Virus record (IMG/VR): IMGVR_UViG_2718218435_000004
Reading direction: 5' to 3' (one strand)
DNA from: a virus
Taxonomy: Duplodnaviria > Heunggongvirae > Uroviricota > Caudoviricetes
Length of the DNA stretch: 37,062 nt
A model generated the notes under the pieces. The model saw only the letters and a list, made by a program, of their open reading frames with translations. It searched no databases and was not told the origin of the DNA. Made by a program: the position numbers and the translations under genes. Of this stretch, positions 1-9,176 are shown in pieces. Position 1 is the stretch's first letter, and each line of letters begins with the position of its first letter.

Positions 1-903
1 TTATGAAAGCATAGACCGTTTACCCTCCCTGGGTACGACGGAACAGGGGTCCTGATGGATAATCACATCCGATCCCGGAAAACGCCGTAAAATAGCCTGC
101 TCTACCTGATCCGCCACCATATGTGCCTGAACCAAAGGCAGAGAGTCTTCCATTTCCAAATGAATCTGAATAAAGCGGGTCGGCCCTGACTGCCGCGTGC
201 GAAGATCGTGAGCGCCGCTAACACCCGGCCAGGAAGTCACGATATCAATAATTTCTTGCCGTTCTTCATCAGGCAATGCGCGATCCAGTAATGACTGTAC
301 CGCCTCATATCCCATGCGTAACGCGCTATATAAAATATAGATGCCGATTCCCAATGCAAACAGAGCATCGGCGCGATGCCAGCCGTACCAGGACAACCCC
401 AGCGCCAGCAGAATTGCACCGTTCATCATAACATCAGACTGGTAATGTAGCATATCAGCCCGCACCGCCTGGCTTTGCGTCCGGCGCACCACCCAACGCT
501 GAAACGAGACAAGGATAATCGTACAAATTAGCGCCACAATTGTCACGATAACCCCGACGCCTGGATCTGTCATCGGTGTTGGAGATATCAGATGTTGAAT
601 ACCCGTCAAAAACAGGAATAGTGCTGAACCGGAGATAAACATACTTTGCGCCAGCGCCGCGAGGGACTCAGCTTTACCGTGACCAAACGAGTGATTATCG
701 TCGGCAGGTTGCAGGGAATATCGCACCACCAGTAAATTCGTCAACGACGCGCCGATATCCACCAGCGAATCCACCAGCGCGGCGAGAATACTCACCGACC
801 CGGTATACCACCATGCAAAAATTTTAATCAGCAATAGCAGTGAAGCCATCGCCGTTGCAGCAATCGCCGCCCGACTGACCAGCCGTCCATAAGATTGATT
901 CAT
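1..903 (-). CDS. fieF: Host cation-diffusion-facilitator ferrous iron/zinc efflux pump FieF (YiiP)
   Basis: ORF 1..945 (-) contains [37 protein letters not shown]..., recognised as enterobacterial FieF (300 aa). Start placed at the internal Met (MNQSYG), 14 codons inside the ORF-track start. Confidence 0.9.
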
Positions 904-984
904 AAATACTCCCGCTATCAACTGACGGTAGTATAACGGAAGCAAATCATCTGCAATGCATTAAGCAGTAGGCAAATTGAGGAT

Positions 985-1011
985 AAAAAAAACCCCCACA
1001 TCATGTGGGGG
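985..1011 (-). terminator. Rho-independent terminator-like hairpin in the host/prophage junction
   Basis: GC stem cccccaca / tgtggggg (about 993-1011) next to an A8 run on the + strand, i.e. a U-tract after the stem when read on the - strand. Confidence 0.4.
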
Positions 1012-1109
1012 AAGACAGGGATGGTGTCACAAAAAATCACCTAACCTACTGATATAAATGGATTTATATAAACCACTGTCCACATAGCGTCCACATCGAC
1101 CATAAATAA

Positions 1110-1136
1110 AGCCCCTCAACTGAGGGGCTATTTTTG
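1110..1136. terminator. Hairpin immediately 3' of ogr, possible bidirectional terminator
   Basis: Stem gcccctc / gaggggc with a 4-nt loop, followed by tattttt on the + strand and flanked by a T-rich stretch on the - strand; sits directly after the ogr stop. Confidence 0.4.
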
Positions 1137-1139
1137 TGA

Positions 1140-1358
1140 TCACATCCACATAATTTGCTGCCCTGACGGCAACGGGTGCGGCCTCACGGCGTGGACTTCT
1201 CCCGGCTTCACGATGTATCTCTGTACCGACTCATAAGTGATGAACGTGGCGCTGCAATTCACGTTCTGGCACTGGTGATAACGCTCTTTTGTCGTGTCAG
1301 TGATATAGCGGCTTGTACGCGCATGTGCGGCATGCTGGCATAAAGGACAATGAAACAT
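1140..1358 (-). CDS. ogr: Late-gene transcription activator Ogr (zinc-finger)
   Basis: Translation MFHCPLCQHAAHARTSRYITDTTKERYHQCQNVNCSATFITYESVQRYIVKPGEVHAVRPHPLPSGQQIMWM matches P2 Ogr (72 aa, C-x2-C...C-x4-C). Start at the internal ATG of the ORF-track ORF. Confidence 0.9.
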   Translation of the reverse strand: MFHCPLCQHAAHARTSRYITDTTKERYHQCQNVNCSATFITYESVQRYIVKPGEVHAVRPHPLPSGQQIMWM

Positions 1359-1439
1359 CGCGAGCACCTCTTCCGGTTTTGTTGATAGTGCCATTTTAGT
1401 TAAATTATCATTATAAAACAAAAAGATAAACAAAAGACA

Positions 1440-2603
1440 TCACTCATCATCTTCTGTTTCGTACTCCACATCAGAAAGCCTGACCTCAAGCTCTAAGGAC
1501 GTCGTGAAGCCGCTATTATTCAGAAAATGTGTCACCTTAGTGATTGTCCAGTCCTGCTCGTCTATGACGCGCTTAAAGCCTGACACTCTGACCGGTGTTT
1601 CCGTGTAAATATCTGCACGACCGGTAGCCAGGATGATGGAGAACTCCGCAACGCCCCGTTGCAGTTTATCCCACTTCGCCTGAGCAGCACGCATGGCCTG
1701 TGCTTTCGTGGCATATACCGTGGTCAGGGCAAAAACGTTGTCAGCCTCACCGGCCATGTATTCACCTTCGCGCGCTTCCGGTACTTTTGGCACTTTCTTC
1801 TGCGTGACTGGTTTCGCTTTCGGGTGCTCCAGTGCGCGCAGGTGTTTTTCTTTCTTTTTGCGTTTCAGTTTTACCTTCTGCTTTTGCGGCTTCGGGTCTT
1901 TGGTGTGAAGCCACTTTGCCGTTACGCCGGTATAGGCTCCACGGTCAGCAATCGCAAAATGATGACGGTCGCCGTCGCTGCGGGTGATGGTAATCTGCGG
2001 GATTTTTTTACCGCTGGCCGTCACCCCCTGCCCCGCTTTGAGAAACAACAGTTTTCCCATTTTTACCGACACCTCACCGCCGTTGCGTTCAGCAAGGCGG
2101 GTCAGGAATTTTGCATCAGACTCCTGCGACTGGTCGATGTGCGGGATTTTAATTCCGGCCAGTGACGGAGCGACACTGGCTTCCAGCCTGTTACGGGAGG
2201 CTATCGCCTCAACAATCGCACCGAGCGTGGTGTCATGCCAGGAGCCTTCACGGCGGGAATTGAGCGTGCCACGAAAATCTGCACTCCGGGCCCGGATGGC
2301 GACCACATCCGGCGTGCCCCGGTGTTCTACCTCATCAACGGTGAATTTCCCTTTGCATACCAGGGCAAAACCTTTCCAGCCGATATACACCGTCAGAACA
2401 GCGCCACGAACCGGCAGTTCGACCTGCCCGTCGGCATCGTTCAGTTCAATATCAAGCTGATCAGCCTCAAAGCCCCGGTTATCCGTCAGGGTCATGCTCA
2501 TCAGACGGTCGCTGATATTGCCGGTAATATCCCTGCTGTCGAGCATCAGCATGTAATCCGGCGTCAGCGTACTGCCTGCATCAAATGTCAGCGCATCCAG
2601 CAT
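1440..2603 (-). CDS. D: Tail protein D (late control gene D)
   Basis: 387 aa, same length and N-terminus (MLDALTFDAGSTLTPDYMLMLDSRDITGNISDRLMSM...) as P2 gpD; sits between ogr and U as in P2. Confidence 0.9.
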   Translation of the reverse strand: MLDALTFDAGSTLTPDYMLMLDSRDITGNISDRLMSMTLTDNRGFEADQLDIELNDADGQVELPVRGAVLTVYIGWKGFALVCKGKFTVDEVEHRGTPDVVAIRARSADFRGTLNSRREGSWHDTTLGAIVEAIASRNRLEASVAPSLAGIKIPHIDQSQESDAKFLTRLAERNGGEVSVKMGKLLFLKAGQGVTASGKKIPQITITRSDGDRHHFAIADRGAYTGVTAKWLHTKDPKPQKQKVKLKRKKKEKHLRALEHPKAKPVTQKKVPKVPEAREGEYMAGEADNVFALTTVYATKAQAMRAAQAKWDKLQRGVAEFSIILATGRADIYTETPVRVSGFKRVIDEQDWTITKVTHFLNNSGFTTSLELEVRLSDVEYETEDDE

Positions 2604-3082
2604 TATTCCGCCCCCGTCATCCCCGTGAATCTGGTCGCCAGACTGCCGGCCTTACCGATGAGCGACTCCGCCTGTTTACCGATATCGCCATAAAGCGCGG
2701 CCAGTGATTCATCAACGCGGGTGAGCGACAGCGTAAAATCAATTTTCCGGGGTGTGCCGTCTGCAAAGAAAATACTCCCTGTTTCACTCACCTTGCTGAT
2801 GACATACATGCCGTAAATCATGCCTGTGCCATCCAGCAACGGCCACGCCCGGCCTTCCTCTGCCATCAGCCTGAGCGTGGTCATCGTCAGCTTGCCGCCG
2901 GTCAGTTCGGGATAAAGCACGCCGGCAAGCGTGATGTTTTCCTCGCCAACACCGAGAAACTGAAAGGCATCCCGTTTACCGATACGGGAATTTGACGGCC
3001 AGCGATAATCTGATTCGCGCTGCATGGTCTGGTGTGGCAGCGTCTGGCGCATAAAAACAAACATACCTAACGCGAGCATCAT
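2603..3082 (-). CDS. U: Tail protein U
   Basis: 159 aa, matches P2 gpU in length and sequence; its stop overlaps the D start. Confidence 0.9.
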   Translation of the reverse strand: MMLALGMFVFMRQTLPHQTMQRESDYRWPSNSRIGKRDAFQFLGVGEENITLAGVLYPELTGGKLTMTTLRLMAEEGRAWPLLDGTGMIYGMYVISKVSETGSIFFADGTPRKIDFTLSLTRVDESLAALYGDIGKQAESLIGKAGSLATRFTGMTGAE

Positions 3083-3096
3083 TTTTAGTCACCTCC

Positions 3097-5544
3097 TTAA
3101 CCGTCATGCATCATGCTGGCACGGGCGCGCACACGTTTATCCCGCTCGTATTTTTCGAGCGCATCCTGTAACTGGCGGTCGAGCTGTGTCCCCGGCGCAG
3201 TACCACCCGTCAGGCTGATGTGATATTCGTTTTTACTCTGGTCCACATAAGAGCGGCCAGCCGGTGCCGTGACCGGCTGATAAGCCTGATAGCCTGCATA
3301 AGAGCTGGTCGCCGGAATATAACCACCGGTGCCATACGTGGCGGCATGAGTTCTGGCGGCGGTCTGGTCAAGTGTGTCTGACTCTTTGTTGATAACACCG
3401 AGTTTTTCCAGTACCCAGTCAATACCGCTGCGCAGTTTGTTGAACGCATTAAGCGGCAGCATCAGCGCGTCAGCCAGTGCCTGCCCGAACATGACGCCCG
3501 TGTCACGGCAACGGTTCAGGGTGTCCTGGGTGGCTTTAACCGGAGCAATCAGGTTTGTAAACCACTGCCACGCGGCCTGTAACTTTTCGCCCAGCCAGTC
3601 AAACACCGGTTTCAGTGGCGTGAACAGTTCCCCCACCGGCGCAAAGGCCGCTTTCAGCCCTTCCACCACACCGCCAAAGAATGCGCTGACAGGCTCCCAG
3701 TATTTACGGATAAGCAACGCCCCGGCGACAATGGCAGCCACCACGGCCACAACCGGCCAGCTAATCGCCCCGATGGCCGTCATAACGGCACTACCAACCG
3801 TCGTGAAGATTGCCCCCATTGCGCCTGCTGCCGCGATGATGGCATTGATGCCGGTGATAACCGGCCAGGCTATGAGGCCAATGGCACCGATGACACCAGT
3901 CAGCGCCAGTGCACCACCGACAATGATGCCGATGGTTGACGCCAGTGATTTGTTTTTCTGTATCCAGCCGTCGAGTTTTAACACATACTTTGTGGCCGTC
4001 TGCGTGAGATTACGCAGTGCGCCTTCCTGTTGGTCAAACAGGTCAGTCCCCACCGCCTCATAAGCGGACTGAAACTCCTTAAAGTCACCGCCGAGGTTAT
4101 CCTGCATGATATTTACCAGCTCGGCGGTCTTCCCGTCTGAGGCTTTAAACGCAGCGGTCAGTTTGTCCAGCTTTCCGGTTGAGGCGGCAGTCATCAGCAC
4201 GGCGGCGGCTGAGCTGGCCTCCTCCCCGAAAATAGTTTTCATGTATTCAGCCTGCTGGGCAGTACCGAGCCGGTTTTTCTCAAAACTGGCCTGCATTTCT
4301 TTCAGAATGGTAAATATTGGCCGGGTGTTTCCCTTGCTGTCTGAGGTTTTCACTCCAAGCTCTTTGAGTGCATCCCATGCTTTTCCCGTCGGTGCCTGCA
4401 GGCGGCTTAACACGGCACGGCTTCCCGTCCCCGCCATTGAGCCTGTGATTTTTGCATCATGCAGCGCCCCGACCATTGCGGCGGTTTCTTCAATGCTGAC
4501 ACCGGCATTTTTTGCCACAGGTGCGGCATAGGTCAGCGCATCGCTCATGCCGTCAAAATCGGCGGCGGTTTTGTTCATCGTCATGGAGAGAACATCCCCG
4601 ATATGAGCGACCTTATCGTTTGAAAGCTGAAAGGCGGATTTCATCCCCATCAGCAGGGCGGCGTTTTCTTCCATCGTGCGGCGGTTCGCCAGCGCCATAT
4701 TCAGCGTGACCGGCGTTGCCGCCTGAATGGCATCAACATCCCCACCCGCTTTCGCGATGATTATCTGTGCACCGGCCGCATCATCCGCCGAGGCTGCGGT
4801 ATTGTCACCGAGCTGGCGCGCCTGTTTGCGTAGTGCGGTCATTTCGGCGGAGTCTTTTGCCACTCCGAGCACGGCCTGCAATTCTGAGTTTTTCTGCGCA
4901 AACTCATAACCGGGCATCAGCAGCTTAACTCCGGCCATCGTTCCCGCCGCCGCAATCCCCACACCGGCAGCGCCCACCGAGGCCATATTTCCGGCCAGTT
5001 CCTTTCCGGCCTGATAACGCTGTTTGACTGCGTTAAGTTTTGCCTGTTGCGCACTGACACGCGCCAGCGCATCACGCTGACGGTTAAGCTGTGCGGTGGT
5101 TTCACTGATACGGTTTTTCAGTCCCTGCTCATCATGTGCAAGATTGCGGGTATTAATTCCCACAGCGGCCAGTTCCCGCTGCTGGCGTTTAACGGAATCC
5201 GTCAGGCGGTTATATTTCGCCTGTAAGTCCTCCGCCGCACGCTTTGCGGATTCCAGCACTTTCGCCTGAGCACGGGTCGGACGTTCGGTGTTTTTAAACT
5301 GTGTGGCAAGGGCTTCGGCTTCCTGCCGTGCCTTTTCAAGTGCATGACCAGTCACGGCGAGCTGCGCACTGGTCTTGCGAAATCCCTCAATACGGGATGC
5401 GTGACCGTTCAGCTCGCGCAGTGATTTTTGTGTTTCCCGGATATCCCCCGACAGCGACTTGCTCGCTGTGCGGATGGATTTAAACGGGCGGGATGCCTGG
5501 TCAACAGCCCTGAGCAATACCTGTAATTTTACATTGTTACTCAT
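3097..5544 (-). CDS. T: Tail tape measure protein T
   Basis: 815 aa (P2 gpT is 815 aa); coiled-coil-rich N-terminal half and Gly/Ala-rich hydrophobic central region typical of tape measure proteins. Confidence 0.9.
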   Translation of the reverse strand: MSNNVKLQVLLRAVDQASRPFKSIRTASKSLSGDIRETQKSLRELNGHASRIEGFRKTSAQLAVTGHALEKARQEAEALATQFKNTERPTRAQAKVLESAKRAAEDLQAKYNRLTDSVKRQQRELAAVGINTRNLAHDEQGLKNRISETTAQLNRQRDALARVSAQQAKLNAVKQRYQAGKELAGNMASVGAAGVGIAAAGTMAGVKLLMPGYEFAQKNSELQAVLGVAKDSAEMTALRKQARQLGDNTAASADDAAGAQIIIAKAGGDVDAIQAATPVTLNMALANRRTMEENAALLMGMKSAFQLSNDKVAHIGDVLSMTMNKTAADFDGMSDALTYAAPVAKNAGVSIEETAAMVGALHDAKITGSMAGTGSRAVLSRLQAPTGKAWDALKELGVKTSDSKGNTRPIFTILKEMQASFEKNRLGTAQQAEYMKTIFGEEASSAAAVLMTAASTGKLDKLTAAFKASDGKTAELVNIMQDNLGGDFKEFQSAYEAVGTDLFDQQEGALRNLTQTATKYVLKLDGWIQKNKSLASTIGIIVGGALALTGVIGAIGLIAWPVITGINAIIAAAGAMGAIFTTVGSAVMTAIGAISWPVVAVVAAIVAGALLIRKYWEPVSAFFGGVVEGLKAAFAPVGELFTPLKPVFDWLGEKLQAAWQWFTNLIAPVKATQDTLNRCRDTGVMFGQALADALMLPLNAFNKLRSGIDWVLEKLGVINKESDTLDQTAARTHAATYGTGGYIPATSSYAGYQAYQPVTAPAGRSYVDQSKNEYHISLTGGTAPGTQLDRQLQDALEKYERDKRVRARASMMHDG

Positions 5545-5964
5545 TCGTGTTTCCGCTTCGCCGGAGCGCCTTTTCGCGCCATGTGATGAGTTCGGTCAGG
5601 CTCATGGGATACAGTTCTGATGGCGGCCAGTGAAATATCACTGCCACATCCGCCATCAGGTCATCGACCGAGAGATTTTTCGGAAACGTCACTGCACCGA
5701 GTTCGGCGACAAAAAACCGACCACCTTACCGGCCAGCGCCACAAGGTCAGGCAGTTCCAGCGCGGCGACTTCCTGCTCGGTCAGCATCGGTGCCGTCATG
5801 CGCGGCAGCACTTTAATCAGTGCATCGACTTCGGAGTTCGCGACTGCAGCCAGACTGACACCGCGCAGCGTCCCGGCATTGGGTTTCATCAGCGTGACCT
5901 GTTCGATAACCTGCTCACCACGTTTGACCGGATTGTCCAGGGTAATGACGTTTTCTTTGTTCAT
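5537..5964 (-). CDS. E+E': Tail assembly chaperone E+E', made by programmed -1 ribosomal frameshift
   Basis: The - strand mRNA reads GTC GGT TTT TTG TCG near 5710-5718, giving the slippery heptamer T-TTT-TTG a few codons before the E stop. The hand-translated -1 frame continues VAELGAVTFPKNLSVDDLMADVAVIFHWPPSELYPMSLTELITWREKALRRSGNTNE to a stop at about 5537-5539, for 85 + 57 = 142 aa, the known size of P2 E+E'. It ends just past the T start codon. Confidence 0.75.
5689..5964 (-). CDS. E: Tail assembly chaperone E
   Basis: 91 aa (MNKENVITLDNPVKRGEQVIEQVTLMKPNAGTLRGV...), matches P2 gpE and sits between FII and T. Confidence 0.9.
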   Translation of the reverse strand: MNKENVITLDNPVKRGEQVIEQVTLMKPNAGTLRGVSLAAVANSEVDALIKVLPRMTAPMLTEQEVAALELPDLVALAGKVVGFLSPNSVQ

Positions 5965-6020
5965 GGTTTTCTCACTTCTGAATCGGGGTTAACCGGTCAG
6001 CCAGGCTGACCGGATGAAAA

Positions 6021-6539
6021 TCACAGGCCGATATTGCGGCGGTGTTGCTCCAGCCGGTCGACGCCGTTCACCTTCTCAATCATGTTGATGGTGTCGATTT
6101 CGACCAGCTCCTTACCGTCCATCGTCAGCCGGAAATAGGTGCAGACCACGGAGATTTTCGACTCGGTGTCTTCTCCCTGTTTGCCCTCGCCGGTGTCGAT
6201 TTCTTTCTGACGGCCACGCATGACCACCTCGACGGCCACCGTTTCGCCGGTATCGTCGCGCTGGTAAGAGCCGGCAAAACGAATCGGTACGGCATCCACA
6301 CCGGTTGCGGCGTAAAGCTCCCAGATAACCGAATCCGGGAAGCCACCGAGCGACCACTCCATTGACAGCGCATCGTCATCAAGGCCGAGGTCTACCGGTG
6401 CGCTGCCGTTCATCCCCGCACCGCGATAGTTTTCGAGCTTACGGGTCAGTTTTGGCAGCGTGACGGACTTCGCGACGCCCTGATAGCTGTAGCCGTTCAG
6501 AAAGACGTTCATTAACTTGAGTTTGCGCGGCATTGCCAT
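6021..6539 (-). CDS. FII: Tail tube protein FII
   Basis: 172 aa, matches P2 gpFII (MAMPRKLKLMNVFLNGYSYQGVAKSVTLPKL...). Confidence 0.9.
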   Translation of the reverse strand: MAMPRKLKLMNVFLNGYSYQGVAKSVTLPKLTRKLENYRGAGMNGSAPVDLGLDDDALSMEWSLGGFPDSVIWELYAATGVDAVPIRFAGSYQRDDTGETVAVEVVMRGRQKEIDTGEGKQGEDTESKISVVCTYFRLTMDGKELVEIDTINMIEKVNGVDRLEQHRRNIGL

Positions 6540-6551
6540 CGGTCAGGCTCC

Positions 6552-7742
6552 TTAATTGCTGTTAACCGAGGTGACCAGATTTGCCAGGTATTTATCGGTA
6601 ATACGCTGGCGCAGGGTCAGGTTTTCAAGAGGAGGCACCGGGGTATAGTCGTAGTCGATATACAGTTTTCCGGCCTTGAGGGTTTCCGCATCGTTGGATT
6701 CTTCGCTGAACCAGCAGGTCGCATCCACGATATAGCCGTTTGTTTTCAGCTCACGGAATTTGGCATTGATGCCGTCAACGATGTCGCGAATCAGCGTTGC
6801 GGTGATGGGCTTGTCCACCGCCCACATGTGCGCCTCAGCCATCGTGTCGGCCAGCACCTGCGCGGTGCGGGTGTAGTTTTCAAAGAGGAACAGCGGGTCA
6901 TCAGAGCAGGTACGGTTACCCCAGAATCGGAAACCGTCGCGGCGAATCAGCGTAGTGACGCCTGACTCGTTAAGCAGGTCAGCATCGGTGCCGGACTCCT
7001 GCAAATCCCAGAATACAGATGCGCTGATGCCGGTAACACCGTTCACCCCGACATTGGACAGCGTTTTATGCCAGCCCTGCTCCTGGTCGATTCTGGCACG
7101 CAGACCCAGCGCACGGGCGGTGGCATACGCGGTGGCGGTGGTGCTGGTGACCGTATCCCATGCGAGGAAATCCGGCCAGATGACCATCAGCTCACGCTGG
7201 CTGAAATTCTGGCGGTAGGCTTTCACCTCGGAAATGGTTTTACAGCCCCATGCGCTGATATACCCGAAAGCGCGCAGCTTCTGACAGACTGATGCCAGTG
7301 CAACAGCCACCTCTTTGGTATCCAGCCCCGGCACGCCGAGAATACGCGGTTTAACACCGGTTACCGACTCCGCCGCCAGCAGGGCTTTCAGTCCGGTGTA
7401 CTGACCGTTTTCGTCGGTGGTGCCGATGATATTGGAAACGGTCTGCGCAAGTTTCGTTTCCTCGTCGTCGCCGGTGCCGTCTTCCACACGCACGACAACG
7501 GTGACCGGTTTTGACTGGTCGGCGATGGCCTGCAACGATGCCGCCAGCGTGCCTTTTTTACCGGCCTTTGCAATTGCGCTCTGCACATTGGTAATCAGCA
7601 CTGGTTTATTGAGGGGGAAGATTTCCGCATCCGCATCGCTGGCCGTGCAGACCATGCCAACAATGGCGGTGGATACGGTGGAAATGACGCGGGTGCCGTC
7701 GTTAATCTCCAGCACCTGCACGCCGTGATGATAGTCACTCAT
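6552..7742 (-). CDS. FI: Contractile tail sheath protein FI
   Basis: 396 aa, matches P2 gpFI (MSDYHHGVQVLEINDGTRVISTVSTAIVGMV...). Confidence 0.9.
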   Translation of the reverse strand: MSDYHHGVQVLEINDGTRVISTVSTAIVGMVCTASDADAEIFPLNKPVLITNVQSAIAKAGKKGTLAASLQAIADQSKPVTVVVRVEDGTGDDEETKLAQTVSNIIGTTDENGQYTGLKALLAAESVTGVKPRILGVPGLDTKEVAVALASVCQKLRAFGYISAWGCKTISEVKAYRQNFSQRELMVIWPDFLAWDTVTSTTATAYATARALGLRARIDQEQGWHKTLSNVGVNGVTGISASVFWDLQESGTDADLLNESGVTTLIRRDGFRFWGNRTCSDDPLFLFENYTRTAQVLADTMAEAHMWAVDKPITATLIRDIVDGINAKFRELKTNGYIVDATCWFSEESNDAETLKAGKLYIDYDYTPVPPLENLTLRQRITDKYLANLVTSVNSN

Positions 7743-8061
7743 CCGTTTAACTCCGTGGTTAATGGGTGCAACTATTTTCTGTTGGGCAGTGCATGAGACG
7801 CTATTTGACCTGGCTGGTCAGTGGATGAAACAACAGATAAAGAAAAGGCAGGCAATTCGCCCGCCTGTCCTGATTTGTACTCACTCATTTTCCGACTGAC
7901 AATTTACATAGCCAAAACGCTATCAAATCTGACAGTCTGCTTTGAGCGAGGAGCAGAGGTTAGTTTTAGTTAACCAAAATGATAAAAAGCAGTAGAAAAA
8001 TCCGCTCATTACGTTATGGTTATAAGCCGCACATAATCATCCGAGCCAAATCCTCTTGATT

Positions 8062-8961
8062 TCAAAGAATTAGCACTTGCTCTTCACTAGAAACTATGGT
8101 TCTGACTTCACGCTCAAATACTGGATCCATTATCATTTTTCTATTTGTTGGAATAGTAAATTTACCGAGTACCATGACAATGCTACTCAACGGAAATAAT
8201 TTTGGAGTAACATTTCCTAATTGAATCGTAGGATATATATTAAAGCCCCCTTTTATCCTCATTGGCGAACCTTCAATGAAGTGTCGATAATTAAATTTCG
8301 CCATAGGGATTCTCGCCACATGCACTTTCATAATTACAGCAACCTGAGCTATTTTTACTTTCTGGAGGTAAGTTGACAATCGTTCTAACTGCGTTGTTTC
8401 ATAGAAAAAATCAGACCACGTTACAGTACTTGTTCCAGTAACAATTTTTATGCTGTTTCTCTTGTTGGGGTGAGCTTTTCCATATTCATAGATCTCCCGT
8501 AAGCTATCCATGTTCTTCACATAAGGGGCTTTCCGACCTCTCTTGACATAAACGCGGTCTGTAGTATCAGAAGGTGGATTTGCCTGCATAGCTGCAGCTT
8601 TTCTGCTTAATTTAGAGATATCATCTTCATCGAGTATATGTATACGGAATATATTATTACCTGTGGCAAGCGCACGGCTGATATCATGACTGGAATCACT
8701 TGCATAAATTGTATTCAATCCTGAAGTTCCATACTGGCATAATTTGTCATGCGTGAAATTTTTTTCCAGTCTAAAGAAGGCGGGGATATGCAAGGTTTTA
8801 TTAAAACTCCGACGAATATGGCTTTTGACATACACCAAATGAGCAGAGCAATTTGGGTCAGGACATTTGAGTGGATAGGGATTAACACTATAATTAAAAG
8901 TATTTACATTTACTAAAATCTGATTGTTATCAATAGCCTGAGTTATACGAATACCACTCAT
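8062..8961 (-). CDS. Hypothetical 299-aa protein in the Z/fun cargo slot between FI and G; no family recognised
   Basis: ORF with an ATG start preceded by a strong GGAGGAG Shine-Dalgarno; markedly AT-rich relative to the flanking tail genes; occupies the position of the non-essential Z/fun gene of P2. Contains a Cys/His-rich segment (LKCPDPNCSAHLVYVKSH) but no motif I can assign. Confidence 0.7.
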   Translation of the reverse strand: MSGIRITQAIDNNQILVNVNTFNYSVNPYPLKCPDPNCSAHLVYVKSHIRRSFNKTLHIPAFFRLEKNFTHDKLCQYGTSGLNTIYASDSSHDISRALATGNNIFRIHILDEDDISKLSRKAAAMQANPPSDTTDRVYVKRGRKAPYVKNMDSLREIYEYGKAHPNKRNSIKIVTGTSTVTWSDFFYETTQLERLSTYLQKVKIAQVAVIMKVHVARIPMAKFNYRHFIEGSPMRIKGGFNIYPTIQLGNVTPKLFPLSSIVMVLGKFTIPTNRKMIMDPVFEREVRTIVSSEEQVLIL

Positions 8962-9100
8962 TACTCCTCCATAAAGATAGGCGCAAGCATTTAGTAATAA
9001 ACCATTAACATGCCGAGATCATACCCGATCATTGAAATGTAAACACTCCCCTAAGACGGCTGCTGGCATAATATTTTATGACATCAGCAATGCCCACCTC

Positions 9101-9142
9101 TGGCACAGAGTGGACTGTCAGATTAGGCTTTACTCTGTGCCA
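9101..9142. repeat. Inverted repeat between G and the Z/fun-slot gene (11-bp arms, about 20-nt spacer)
   Basis: tggcacagagt ... actctgtgcca read directly from the sequence; no adjacent U-tract. Confidence 0.4.
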
Positions 9143-9176
9143 TAGATATGTAAGCCCACACTAGAGCTCATACAAC

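Noticed and set aside
237-419. 60-aa ORF inside fieF on the same strand, different frame
   Set aside because: Fully embedded in the host transporter gene; spurious.
1021-1107. Calling an exact att core sequence
   Set aside because: Only one prophage end is in the window, so the core cannot be defined by finding the flanking direct repeat; only the junction interval is reported.
1659-2693. Several + strand ORFs (168, 71, 158, 152 aa) inside the D gene region
   Set aside because: Antisense to a confidently identified phage gene in GC-rich DNA; low-complexity Arg/Ser/Ala-rich translations typical of spurious ORFs.
3024-5483. + strand ORFs (up to 229 aa) and short - strand ORFs overlapping the tape measure gene T
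   Set aside because: Embedded in or antisense to T; no ribosome binding sites noted; translations are low-complexity.
5620-6382. + strand ORFs (129, 120, 107 aa) and - strand ORFs (81, 85 aa) overlapping E and FII
   Set aside because: Alternative-frame or antisense overlaps of well-supported genes. The only alternative frame with biological support here is the E' extension, reported separately.
6421-6540. Apparent one-base frame break in FII when hand-translating around 6478-6482
   Set aside because: The ORF track shows FII intact at the expected 172 aa, so this is most likely my own reading error in a run of C residues; not called a pseudogene. It is the reason hand-read coordinates are given with a margin of error.
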